Assembly: GCF_001194135.2 (NCBI RefSeq)
Contig: NC_068983.1
Location: 118,530,114 to 118,567,215 of the forward strand
Length of the DNA stretch: 37,102 bases
Direction of reading: 5' to 3'
From: Octopus bimaculoides
Taxonomy: Eukaryota
Below, piece after piece: positions 11,010-22,739 of this stretch. The position numbers were made by a program, and so were the translations under genes. The notes beneath the pieces were generated by a model, which saw only the letters and a list, made by a program, of their open reading frames with translations, made no database searches and was not told where the DNA came from. Every line of letters begins with the position of its first letter. Positions within the stretch are counted from its first letter, which is position 1.

Positions 11010-11187
11010 ATGGCTGTGTGGTAAGTAGCTTGCTTACCAACCACATAGTTCTGGGTTCAGTCCCACTGCGTGGCACCTTGGGCAAGTGTCTTCTACTATA
11101 ACCTCAGGCCAACCAAAGCCTTGTGAGTGGATTTGATAGACGGAAATGGAAAAGAAGCCTGTTGTATATATATATATATGTGTGTGT

Positions 11188-11232
<45 letters not shown>

Positions 11233-11423
11233 TCTCCGCAACATTGCTTGACAACCAATGCTGGTGTGTTTACGTCCCCGTAACTTAACGGTTCGGCAAA
11301 AGAGACCGATAAAATAAGTACTAGGCTAACAAAGAATAAGCCCTGGGGTCGATTTGTTCGACTAAAGGCGGTGCTCCAGCATGGCCGCAGTCCAATGACT
11401 GAAACAAGTAAAAGAGTAAAAGA
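11010..11423 (+). mobile_element. SINE family 1 (tRNA head, central TA/TG microsatellite, (GAGTAAAA) tail)
   Basis: A-box-like TGGCTGTGTGG and B-box-like GGTTCAGTCC. Near-identical to 11442-11840 and 30637-31083. Confidence 0.9.
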
Positions 11424-11441
11424 ATATAATTTTTAAACTCT

Positions 11442-11840
11442 AGGTGCAGGAGTGGCTGTGTGGTAAGTAGATTGCTTACCAACCACATGGTTCTGGGTTC
11501 AGTCCCACTGTGTGACACCTTGGGCAAGTGTCTTCTGCTATAGCCTTGGGCCGACCAAAGCCTTACGAGTGGATTTGGTAGACAGAAACAGAAAGAAGCC
11601 CATTGTATATAGATATATATATGCATGTGTTTGTGTCTCTGTGTTTGTCACCCCACCATTGCTTGACAACCAATGTTGGTGTGTCTACATCCCCGTAACT
11701 TAGTGGTTCGGCAAAAGGGACCGATAGAATAAGTACTAGGCTTACAAAGAATAAGTTCTGGGGTCGATTTGTTCAACTAAAGGCTGTGCTCCAGCATGGC
11801 CGCAGTCAAATGACTGAAACAAATAAAAGAGTAAAAAAGA
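11442..11840 (+). mobile_element. SINE family 1, second tandem copy
   Basis: Full-length match to the preceding copy. Confidence 0.9.
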
Positions 11841-11990
11841 GTGTAAAGTTTATTTGTATATTAAACATAAATGTCAACTTCCGTTTGAATTCCATATGTA
11901 AACAAATAGCTTTTCTTCATATTTGTAAAAAATGGAATAAAATGAAAAAACAAAAAAAAAAACAAAACGAGTGAGTAAATTATTTTTAAC

Positions 11991-13063
11991 AGATCTTGTC
12001 GGTTTGGCTGCCAGCATCAGTTTGTTCAAATTGATTTCATATTCAATATAATGATACACATTTATGGGCTAATTAATGATGTGAAAGTAATTTTGACTAT
12101 AAATCAATAAATAAAGAGTTATTAATAATTAAAGTTTGGAGATTTTGATAATTTTAGCCAATCGTAAGTCACAGACACATTCATGCCTGTTTTGATAGTA
12201 AGAAGTGGAACACGAGAACTCATTTGTCTGCGTGCCTGTTGCCATAGTAACAGTCTTTGAAAAGTCTTTTATCTGCGAGGAAGCATGTATTGACAAATTT
12301 GATGCTGTGTTCTGTGTCGTACTTTTAAGAAAAGGGTGTTGTACCCAAAAGAAAATTATGTAAAAAGAGACATGTTATGTGTATGAAAAGACGTGGTGGG
12401 AACATCTACATTTATTTACATGAAAGAGAATTACTGGAGAACTTTCCTCTAATTCTTCCAAATTTTTCCGTTAAAAATTCTAATGTGTTTATCGCATGTA
12501 ATGTGCTGTTCATCACATTTGCATTAAATGCATATCAAATGCTTAAATGTTTGTTTTTTAAGCATATTTAAATTGTAAAGTGTTTATTGCATGTAATGTG
12601 TTATTTATTGCATTTGCATTAAATGTATATTGAATGCTTAAATGTTTGTTTACTCATTTCTTTTTGTCATTGAGCACTGAGGTAGTTGTGAGGTGTGCTA
12701 AAAATAACAGCTAAATAAGATTTTTTGGATAAATCTTTTAAATTAGCATAAACATTTATATACATGAAAGAAAATTACCAGGGACATAACATATGTTTAC
12801 AAATATTGACAACACATGCTATTTTCAGGATGTTGATGACAAAATGTGCAGTCACGCACAAAATGACAGCTTCTAAATCCTGTTTCCTGACTGGGCGAAA
12901 ATAATCAAACTTTAAACCTCTATAACTTTTTAAAAACATTTTTCTTGAAAAAAATGAAATAACTCCAGCAATTCAGTTTGGGCAACTGTATTATTGTGCC
13001 AAATTTTAAAATTTTCGGTAAACTTTAATTTTTGAAATGCAGGCAGCCTAACTGATAAGATCC
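11991..13063. mobile_element. Non-autonomous DNA transposon, ~27-bp TIRs, 8-bp TSD (TTTTTAAC)
   Basis: Left AGATCTTGTCGGTTTGGCTGCCAGCAT versus right reverse complement GGATCTTATCAGTTAGGCTGCCTGCAT. TTTTTAAC at 11983-11990 and 13064-13071. Internal ~90-bp tandem duplication at ~12485-12652. Confidence 0.75.
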
Positions 13064-13077
13064 TTTTTAACAGTATT

Positions 13078-13449
13078 TGTTGGCACTCCGTCGCTTACAA
13101 CGTCAAGGGTTCCAGTTGATCCGATCAACGGAACAGCCTGCTCGTAAAATTAACGTGCAAGTGGCTGAGCACTCCACAGACACGTGTACCCTTAATGTAG
13201 TTCTCGGGGATATTCAGCGTGACACAGAGTGTGACAAGGCTGACCCTTTGAATTACGGGCACAACAGAAACAGGAAGTAAGAGTGAGAGAAAGAGTACAG
13301 CAGGGTTCGCCACCATCCCCTGCCAGAGCCTTGTGGAGCTTTAGGTGTTTTTGCTCAATAAACACTCACAATGCCCGCTCTGGGAATCGAAACCGCGATC
13401 CTATGATCGCGAGTCTGCTGCCCTTACCACTGGGCCATTGCGCCTCCAC
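13078..13449 (-). mobile_element. tRNA-headed SINE (head Y + tail P) with 12-bp TSD
   Basis: A box TGGCCCAGTGG and B box GGTTTCGATTCC on the minus strand. TSD TTTAACAGTATT at 13066-13077 and 13450-13461. 3' half matches 5115-5283. Confidence 0.9.
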
Positions 13450-13499
13450 TTTAACAGTATTACATAATGCAAAAACAACAATCCCTATCTATAATTGAT

Positions 13500-13810
13500 T
13501 AGATCGACCCTATTATTCCACTGGTGCTTATTTCATTGACCCTGAAAGGGTGAAAGCAAAGCTGATCTCAGCAGAATTTGAACTCAGAATGAAAAGCTGG
13601 AAGAAAGGCTGCTAAGCATTTCGTCTGCCATAGTTAATAATTCTACTAGCATGCAGGCTTTAAATCCTATTGGATAATATTAGCTTCAAATTTACGTTTA
13701 AGGCTAGCAAGTTCGAGGATGAGGTAAGTTGATTACATTGACTCCAGTGCTCAACTGGTACTTATTTTATTGACCCTGAACTGATGAAAGGCAAAGTCAA
13801 TCAGGGGCAT
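13500..13810 (-). mobile_element. Two degenerate SINE family-2 fragments
   Basis: Repeated ggtacttattttattgaccctgaa...atgaaaggcaaagtc / cagcagaatttgaactcagaa blocks match the family-2 reverse complement. Confidence 0.65.
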
Positions 13811-14027
13811 TCTATATACTAAATTCAAGTATGGTGGTTACAGCACATGTAATACAGGGAATTGAAAAACTTCGATTAACTGAGATTATTCAAGCAATTA
13901 GTAAAAAAACTCCCTTTAAGAGTATTTTAAATTAAAATGCTTTTAGCATTTAGATTTAAATATTGTTTTTTTGATTTTAAAGGTAAATGCTACTTTTTTA
14001 GACTTCAATCACCCTAAGAAGGAATAT

Positions 14028-14245
14028 TTACTCTTTACTCTTTTATTTGTTTCAGTCATTTGACTGCAGCCATGCTGGAGCACTGCCTTTAGTTGAGCAA
14101 ATCTACCCCAGGACTTATTCTTTGTAAGCCTAGTACTTATTCTCTTGGTCTCTTTTTGCTGAACCGCTAAGTGACAGGGACATAAACACACCAGCATCGG
14201 TTGTCAAGCAATGCTAGGGGAGCAAACACAGACACACAGACATAC

Positions 14246-14296
<51 letters not shown>

Positions 14297-14497
14297 CACG
14301 ACAGGCTTCTTTCAGTTTTCGTCTACCAAATCCACTCACAAGGTCAGCCCGAGGTCATAGTAGAANNNNNNNNNNGTAAGCCTAGTACTTATTCTCTTGG
14401 TCTCTTTTTGCTGAACCGCTAAGTGACAGGGACATAAACACACCAGCATCGGTTGTCAAGCAATGCTAGGGGAGCAAACACAGACACACAGACATAC

Positions 14498-14548
<51 letters not shown>

Positions 14549-14708
14549 CACGACAGGCTTCTTTCAGTTTTCGTCTACCAAATCCACTCACAAGGTCAGC
14601 CCGAGGTCATAGTAGAAGACACTTGCCCAAGGTGCCACGCAGTGGTACTGAACCTGGAACCATGTGGTTGGTAGGCAAGCTACTTACCACACAGCCACTC
14701 CTGCACCT
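14028..14708 (-). mobile_element. SINE family 1 (242 bp duplicated across a 10-N gap)
   Basis: Reverse complement matches family 1. 14124-14365 is identical to 14376-14617. Confidence 0.9.
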
Positions 14709-15502
14709 ATTTATCAACTAATCTTTAGGATATTTGCAGTGGGTCATAGTTTTTCAACATGTTATATTACATTTGTGAGACATTGCTAAACAATAATATA
14801 CATATCTATAGTGAGCAGCGGAAGAATAGTAATGATAAGTGATTTGTTAGCTTTTAGTACAGAGTTTTGTTAACCTGAAGACAATGGAAAACTCTTGTGG
14901 TGTGTTACTTCTTTGTTACTTCCTTAGATCATTCAATAAAAAGAAAAGCGGGTCTCTGGAGGTTCTCCTTAAGAAATGATAATAGAGTTCTTTGTACTTT
15001 ATATGGCTTAATCAGAAAAGGTGTCTCTAAGATTGGTAGGAAAAAAAAGGAAGAAGAAGCCATTACTTATGTTTTGTCCTCGAATCAGAGACCTGGACTC
15101 CTCTAAAGGTATCTGAAGTCAACCACTAAAAAGCTGAGAACTGATCATACACTGGAATTACAGGTGAATTTAATAAGATGGTAACTTGCAACCACAAGGT
15201 CCTGCACTTAATATTGCATAGTATCTTGAGCAAGTGTCTTTAACCATTGTCTCAGGTCAACTCAAGTCTTGTGAATGAAACTGGACTGCTGGAAATAGTG
15301 CAGAAGCCCATCACATGGATTGTACTTATAATTCAAAGGTACAGCCTTGTTACACACTGTGTTATGATGATTCTACATGAGGATTATGTTAGTGTTACAC
15401 ATGTTTATGAAATGCTCAACAAATTATACTAATTCAATGAGTAGATAACTCAGTTGATTGGACAAGTGGATTTGCATTGTTGAAACTGACAGCAACCTAT
15501 TT

Positions 15503-15553
<51 letters not shown>

Positions 15554-15872
15554 NNNNNNNNNNNNNNNNNNNNNNNNNNNNNNNNNNNNNNNNNNNNNNN
15601 NNNNNNNNNNNNNNNNNNNNNNNNNNNNNNNNNNNNNNNNNNNNNNNNNNNNNNNNNNNNNNNNNNNNNNNNNNNNNNNNNNNNNNNNNNNNNNNNNNNN
15701 NNNNNNNNNNNNNNNNNNNNNNNNNNNNNNNNNNNNNNNNNNNNNNNNNNNNNNNNNNNNNNNNNNNNNNNNNNNNNNNNNNNNNNNNNNNNNNNNNNNN
15801 NNNNNNNNNNNNNNNNNNNNNNNNNNNNNNNNNNNNNNNNNNNNNNNNNNNNNNNNNNNNNNNNNNNNNNNN

Positions 15873-15923
<51 letters not shown>

Positions 15924-16236
15924 GTAAGTTATATTTTTAAGATTGACAATTTCATAATGTAACAGTACAGCAGGAAGTGAAAATAATTATGGCTCATTTA
16001 GTAAGACTCCTAAGTCAATAGTGAAGGGTATAAGGTTTTCTATAAATTCCTCACAGATAATTAAACATGGTAAATATATCTCCTGTAACTTCAATACCTA
16101 ATAATTTCTTCACAAGCTAATTACATTGTGAGTAATTCATCATTGGTAAATTCACTATCACGCCAAATGCCATCGCTGGTAAATTAATTATCATTGTGCT
16201 TTTTATCTGCAAATTAAATACATCACTGAACATCAT

Positions 16237-16466
16237 TTAACCCTCTAGCATTCAGATTACTCTGTCAAATGTAATAATTATTTATTGAGATTGTTCTGAA
16301 TTAATTATGTGCTACCTTGCAAGTTCAACATTTTGATAATGTGATTGTTTATCTTGAGAATGACATTGTAATGTAGGTGTGAGAGGCTAGATTAAGCCAG
16401 TATAAATACAAAATGGGTAGAATATTTGGGCTGAATATATGGCCAGTTTAAATGTTAAAGGGTTAA
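16237..16466. mobile_element. piggyBac-like MITE, family B
   Basis: TTAA|CCCTCTAG...TTAAAGGG|TTAA. Confidence 0.8.
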
Positions 16467-16475
16467 AGTTTTTAT

Positions 16476-16776
16476 TCATCATCATCATCATTTAACATTC
16501 GCTTTCCATGCTGGTATGGGTTTGATATGGAGCTGGCTATCAGAGAGCTGTCCAGACTCCAGTTGTCTGTTGAGAGCTGCCCAGACAACAGCTGTCTGTT
16601 GAGGGCTGTCCAGACTCCAGCTGTCTGTTGAGAGCTGTCCAGACAACAGCTGTCTGTTGAGAGCTGCCCAGACTCCAGCTGTCTGTTGAGAGCTGTTCAG
16701 ACTCCAGCTGTCTGTTGAGAGCTGTCCAGACTCCAGCTGTCTGTTGAGAGCTGTCCAGACTCCAGCTGTCTGTTGC
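16476..16776 (-). mobile_element. RTE-type 3' tail with an 8 x 29-bp minisatellite (16545-16776)
   Basis: (cat)n-ttaacattcgctttccatgctggtatggg is the tail's reverse complement. Unit gagctgtccagactccagctgtctgttga repeated 8 times. Confidence 0.85.
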
Positions 16777-17107
16777 ATTTCATAAAGAAAAAAAAAAAAA
16801 CTGAAAGATCAAAAATTCTATCCTAAGTGCTGGAAATTTCTAGAGATCTTGAAAAAGGAAAAAAAAAAAATTAAGTAGTTATTGAACAGTATATCATCAT
16901 TGTCAAATTTCCATATTACAGAAATAGATATTTGAAGAGTGTAGTGAGAATGCATTGAATTGTTAAATAAACATCAAAATTATGAAATTCTGGATTATAT
17001 AACACTGTTGTCTGAAATTTATCTTTACCAACTGTTTCTACTTCTCTGTTGTCTTTTTCTGTTTTCTGACTAGTTTTAAAAGTAATTCTTCTCTTTTTCT
17101 CATATAG

Positions 17108-17513
17108 CTCTTTTATCTTTTACATGCTTCAGTCATTAGTTTGTGGCCATGCTAGGCACCATCTTGAAGAATTTTTAGTCAAATGAATCAGCCCCAGTAC
17201 TTATTTTTTGCTAAGCCTGGTACTTATTCTATCAGTCTCTTTTGCTGTAACACTAAGTTATGGCGATGTAAACACACTAACACCAATTGTCAAGTGGTAG
17301 TGGGGGACAAACAAAGACACACACACACACACACACATTCAAATATATATATATATACAACGGCCTTCTTTCAGTATCTGTGTACCAAATTCACTCACAA
17401 AGCTTTGGTCGGTCCGAGGCTCAGTAGAAGACACTTTCCCAAGTGCCATGCAGTGGGACTGAACCCAGAATCATGTGGTTGGGAAGCATGTTTCTTACCA
17501 CACAACCATGCCT
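17108..17513 (-). mobile_element. SINE family 1
   Basis: Reverse complement matches family 1 from head to tail. Confidence 0.85.
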
Positions 17514-17559
17514 ATAATAATGTATATATTGAATAAATTTGATAGTAATATTTTTTATT

Positions 17560-17699
17560 TTGTTGTAATTAAGCTATTGTTCGGAACACTAATTAACATG
17601 AAGTTTTGATGGAAGATTTTAATTCAAATTATTTTAAAACATGAAATTTGTATCGTAGAACCAGGGTGGTCTAAGACAGGTTAGTATCAAAAGGCTTAA
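17560..17699. mobile_element. Right half of a family A MITE
   Basis: ...ggttagtatcaaaaggc|TTAA matches the right end of 3156-3385. Confidence 0.65.
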
Positions 17700-18068
17700 A
17701 GGTGAATTAATTCAAACTCTTCAGATTGAACACATAGATAAGAGGGTCCAGTATTGTTTGCCTACTTTGGTCAACCTTTCTTAGTAGACTAATATCTTAA
17801 GAGTGCATATTTAATAAATGTAAGTAGGATGATGTGAGAGTTGTAAGGCAGATTAACTTTTTTGTGAAATAAGTTCATTTCTCTATTTTGATTTATAGAG
17901 GTAAGTACTTTGTTTAATTTATAATGCTAATCCTTTTGAAAAAGTCAGGAACATCATAAGTTCTTTCAGCTCTTCCCTAAACACAAAATTGGAGACTGTT
18001 TGTGTTGATATAGGTATGTGCCTTATATGTATTCACTTGGCCAGCTAAAAATAGGAACCAAATACTCT

Positions 18069-18287
18069 TTAACCCTTTAGCATTTAAACCAGCTATATCT
18101 GTCCAAAATATTCTATTTGTTTGATGTTCAAACTGGCTAAATCCTGCCTACCCTATAATACCATACTAAAAGTAAACTATCACATCATTGAAATCTCAAA
18201 GCTATGAGATAATGCATAATTAATTTAAATCAATGTGAATAAATAAGCTTTACATTTGGCAGAATAATCTGAATGCTAAAGGGTTAA
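18069..18287. mobile_element. piggyBac-like MITE, family B (opposite orientation)
   Basis: TTAA|CCCTTTAGCATT...AATGCTAAAGGG|TTAA. Confidence 0.85.
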
Positions 18288-19329
18288 ATTCTATCCCACT
18301 TTTTTAAAAACATATTGAATAATGAAGATGGTCAGAATGTCTTTGATCATAAATCTGCTCAGTCATGGCTAAACTTAGGCTAGACAACAACAACTAGATC
18401 TGGATTGTGATGGGGGAAAAAAAAATCAGGCTGGACTTGAAATTAAAACTTTTAGATAACCAGATCTATAATACTAAATCTGGAGGTTTCCAACAAGCCA
18501 TGCTTCTACTTTTAATACAGTAATTTATGTGCACACATGCCTACACACACATGCAGTCATATAAACAGTCAAAATTCTTTACAGTGCAATTCCTTTCAAT
18601 ATTAAAAAAATGTTTTTTACTGTTTAGTCAGTGAGAGAAGGATAGCACCTTTGTCCTCTTATATTCAAAAGGTGTCTGAGACTGATCGGACAAAGGGAGG
18701 GAGTTATTCTTAAACTGGAGACCTGATCCAGGTGCTCGCAACAGAATGAACTGCATTAAAATCATCCAAAGCTCTGGGTGGTGATGACCCAAGAACTCAA
18801 AACTCAAAGAGTTGGAACAAACACCACAAGGTCTCTTGTTTGATGATCTAACAATTCCTCCACCCTGACTCATACTCTGTTGTATTGAACCTGAAAGGAT
18901 GTAAAAAAATGACTTGGGGTTAAACAACAACAACTACATGTAGCATTAGGTTAACATCTCTTATTGAACAGTATTTTTCATGATTCCAGTGGGAATTCCT
19001 TATGACTGAAGAAGTTAGCCACTTGGTGGGTATTTGTGCATGATAAATTTAATGCAGAAGATGTATTTGTTAGTCATCAGTCTATAATAGGAATAAGAAT
19101 CTGATTATACATTAGCCACCAAGCACAGTCTTTAATCAGAATGAGAGTCTGGATCCAATGAAGAAGTAGGGTGAGAGAATTTAAGGGGTCTTCAGTCTGA
19201 GGATGGGTACTACTGGATAGGCTTTTCCAATTCCATAATATTCAGCATTGCATACTTATACAACACTTGTTTATTTTATAGTGCTACCAATAGTTATTAA
19301 AAATTGATCTTGAGCCTAAGAGGGAGCAT

Positions 19330-19500
19330 CTATGTATCTATGTGGTCACTTGATCTGCAAGAAATAGCAGCCAAATCTTTCTCAAATCAGAACATAATGT
19401 TTTAAGAAAATGACAAAAAAAAAAAATGACCATGTAAACTTGGGTATATAAAAAGACAGGGCTGTTATGAATGGAATATCTTTTACCATAGTTCTACACT
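19330..19500 (+). mobile_element. Old dispersed repeat, same family as 26270-26460
   Basis: gtggtcacttgatctgcaagaaatagcagccaaatctttctcaaatc versus 26410-26450 reverse complement gtcagttggtctgctagaaatagctactaaatcttcctcaaatc. Confidence 0.45.
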
Positions 19501-19752
19501 GGCAATGGCAACCACTACAACAACTAAGTCAGCTGGGCTATATTAGAGTTGTCTTGCTCCAGACACAATGCAGTTTCCATTACAAGATATTCTAGAACTG
19601 ATTTCTCAGTTGGTTTTCTGGTACTCTATCAACCCAATCATTTTACTTTTCATTTTCTAGCCTAGTCACTGTAGATCCTCTGATTATATATGATGTAAGC
19701 ATAAGCACACACACACACACACAGACAGACAGACAGAAACATAATTATATAT

Positions 19753-20086
19753 GCAAAAGGCGGCGAGCTGGCAGAAACGTTAGCACGCCGGTCGAAATGC
19801 TTAGCGGTATTTCGTCTGCCGCTACGTTCTGAGTACAAATTCCGCCGAGGTCGACTTTGCCTTTCATCCTTTCGGGGTNNNNNNNNNNGAAATGCTTAGC
19901 GGTATTTCGTCTGCCGCTACGTTCTGAGTACAAATTCCGCCGAGGTCGACTTTGCCTTTCATCCTTTCGGGGTCAATTAAATAAGTACCAGTTACACACT
20001 GGGGTCGATATAATTGACTTAATCCGGTTGCCTGTCCTTGTTTGTCCCCTCTGTGTGTAGCCCCTTGTGGGCAGTAAAGAAATAAA
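19753..20086 (+). mobile_element. Young SINE family-2 copy with 16-bp TSD (85 bp duplicated across a 10-N gap)
   Basis: TSD AAACATAATTATATAT at 19737-19752 and 20087-20102. CpG-rich body. 19794-19878 equals 19889-19973. Confidence 0.9.
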
Positions 20087-20102
20087 AAACATAATTATAT
20101 AT

Positions 20103-20522
20103 ACAGGCATGGCTGTGTGGCAAGAGGCTTGGTTCTTAACTACATGGTTCCAGGCTACTGTGTGGCACCTTGGGCGAGTGTCTTTTACTATAGCCTTGGG
20201 CAGACCAAAGCTTTGTGAGTAGATTTGGTAGATGGAAACTGAAAGAAGCTTATTGTATGTGTTTGTGTGTGTGTGTGTGTGTGTGTATGTTTGTGTGTAT
20301 TTGTGTCTGTGATTGTCTCCTCATTACCACTTGACAACTGGTATTGGTGTGTTTATGTCCCAGTAACTTAGTGGTTCAGCAAAAGAGAGCAATAGAATAA
20401 GTACTAGGCTTTAAAAAGAAAGAAAGGCGTGGGGTCAATTTGTTCGACTAAAACCTTTGAAAGAGGTGCTCTAGCATGGCCACAGTCAAATGACTGAAAC
20501 AAGTAAAAGAATAAAAGAATAA
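20103..20522 (+). mobile_element. SINE family 1
   Basis: Head, central (TG)n and tail all match family 1. Confidence 0.85.
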
Positions 20523-20829
20523 ACAAATTTGATAAAGATCTTGTAACTGATAATCTATGATTACAAGTCTCCTGGTGAATTTTTACCTTTCTATATAATA
20601 TTTTCATTTTTAACAAAAAATATTAACAATATCAACATTGCCTTCAAATCTAAACTGTTTTGATAATGATATCTGTAATATCAAAAAGTACTGTTGAATA
20701 GTGTTGGCCATAAAAATATCAGTTGAAGAGACTGGGAGTTGAGACACAGTGGGGCTTCAATTTGTTTTTTTGTTTTGTTTTTTTGCATCAAAATTACCCC
20801 CCACCCCATCCAATCTTCCATCTTCAGTA

Positions 20830-20987
20830 TCACCATCATCATCATCATCATCCCCGCAATCATTATCATCACTGTTACATTAATGCCCTCAGTATCACTG
20901 TTATCAATATCTATCATCATTGTTGTCAAATCATCATCATCCCCTTTATCATCACCATCATCATCATCATCATCATCATCATCATAG
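20830..20987. repeat. Degenerate (ATC)n microsatellite
   Basis: Direct reading. It produces the poly-H/D/S/I ORFs in the track. Confidence 0.9.
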
Positions 20988-22739
20988 CCACTTTGCAAAA
21001 CAAATTGGATGGATGAAATAGGGAAAAAGTTTTTCAAAGAGGTAAGTTTAATGAGAGTCTTTTGACAGAACAAGAAGAATTATCTTTATTTATTTCATCT
21101 GAGGTTCTGAAATTGAGGAAGGTTAAAGGTAAGAACTTTCTTCAATACAAGACAGCAGATGTGAGAATCTTTGGTTAGAACTGTTAAAATGATGAGAAAA
21201 TGGTGCTAGAAGCTGGGATGTCTATGAGGGAGACTTTAACGAAGACTGTTATTGACAGTGTGATGTTTGAAGTTATCTAGAATTTATTGACTACACTAAA
21301 TATAGTGTATCTATGGACTTCACTAACAGCTATCTGTCTGTACCAAATTTTCTTCCCATGTTCATGTTTAACCTGCCTTATGTATTTTTGTTGTTGTTTT
21401 TTCTTAAGAAGTAGAGCACATTATTTATCAAACTTACTGTTGAGAGTCGGCACTTAGCATTCAGCTATTAAGAAATATTAGGAAAATATATTTCATAAAT
21501 GTTACATACACACACATGCATATACATTAATACACATATACCCACACACATAAATACACACACACACACACACATACAGACAGACAATAGATAGTCAGTC
21601 AGACAGATAGACAGACAAACAGATAAATAGATAGCTAGGCAGACAGACATGAACAGATAGACAGACAGGCAAACAAAGAGATAGACCAATAGACAGATAG
21701 GTATATAGATAAATATTTCTAAGAAATACTGCACAGAGTTTAAATGTTTTTCTGAGAAATATTTCAAGAACTAGAAATGAAATACATGGCTTAATTTCAG
21801 TAGAATGAAAGCAATAGTTATAGGTCATTGAAGAACTAATAGAAGTTGATAGAAATGATTTAACAAGAAAACTGGGTTGTAATTTGAGACGGAATGCTAT
21901 AGGAATGCTGTAGGGCCAAAAATATCTTTTATACTAATTAATCTAAATGTTCTGGCATTGGACAAATTATATTAAGCTCCTAAGTTTACTACCTGCTGTT
22001 TCATCTATTACATAAAAATAACATGGCTTAGTAACATTTGTGGGTGTACTGGTTAGTGTTTGTAAGCAAAATATTAGTTTTGAATTTAATATCTATGTAA
22101 TATATATCTAAGGTTTAGCTAAGATATTATTTGAAATTGGCCACAAGAATTTATATAATTGAAATACAATGATACTGTAAACCTCTTCAGAATAAATGAC
22201 AAATCAACAATTTGCAGAAATATTGCGTATAAAAATGTGTAGAAGTACTACTATATATTTAAAGTATTTAATGTATCTTCTTTATAAAATATATCTAATA
22301 TTTGTTAGCTAATATTTGTAGTAAGAGGTGTGGGAAGTGATTCTGAAATAATTGGCAAATAAGTGCAAAAAATGTTAATTTTATATTATACTTGTGACAA
22401 ATGTTTCTTTCCGACTAAGTATAAAATATCACTTTATTTTCTCAATAAATGTTAAACTGAGGTAGCAAATATGATTGAAAATATAACAAATTCCAATTTA
22501 GATATCTGTAATAAAAATGATATGCTAAAATGAAGACAATTAGCTCTTGAATAATGTACAATTTTTAACCTGATTTAAGAAAGAAAGATGAATTTGTTGT
22601 GAGATGTATAAATTCAGAATCAATAAACCAGTAATGGTTGTTTCTGAAGGCTGAAAACCCACACAGATTTTTTTCCATTATTTCCATTTCCCTTCTTCTG
22701 AAATTTATCACAACATTTGTAAGTATTTATTAAAATGAA

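Noticed and set aside
16545-16776. CRISPR-like array of 29-bp repeats
   Set aside because: The units are contiguous with no unique spacers, there are no cas genes, and the array sits in a eukaryotic retroelement tail.
20681-21073. Poly-Asp, poly-His and poly-Ser ORFs
   Set aside because: They are translations of the (ATC)n microsatellite.
21215-21250. GDFN motif suggesting a LINE endonuclease
   Set aside because: A four-residue match with no other endonuclease motifs nearby is likely chance.
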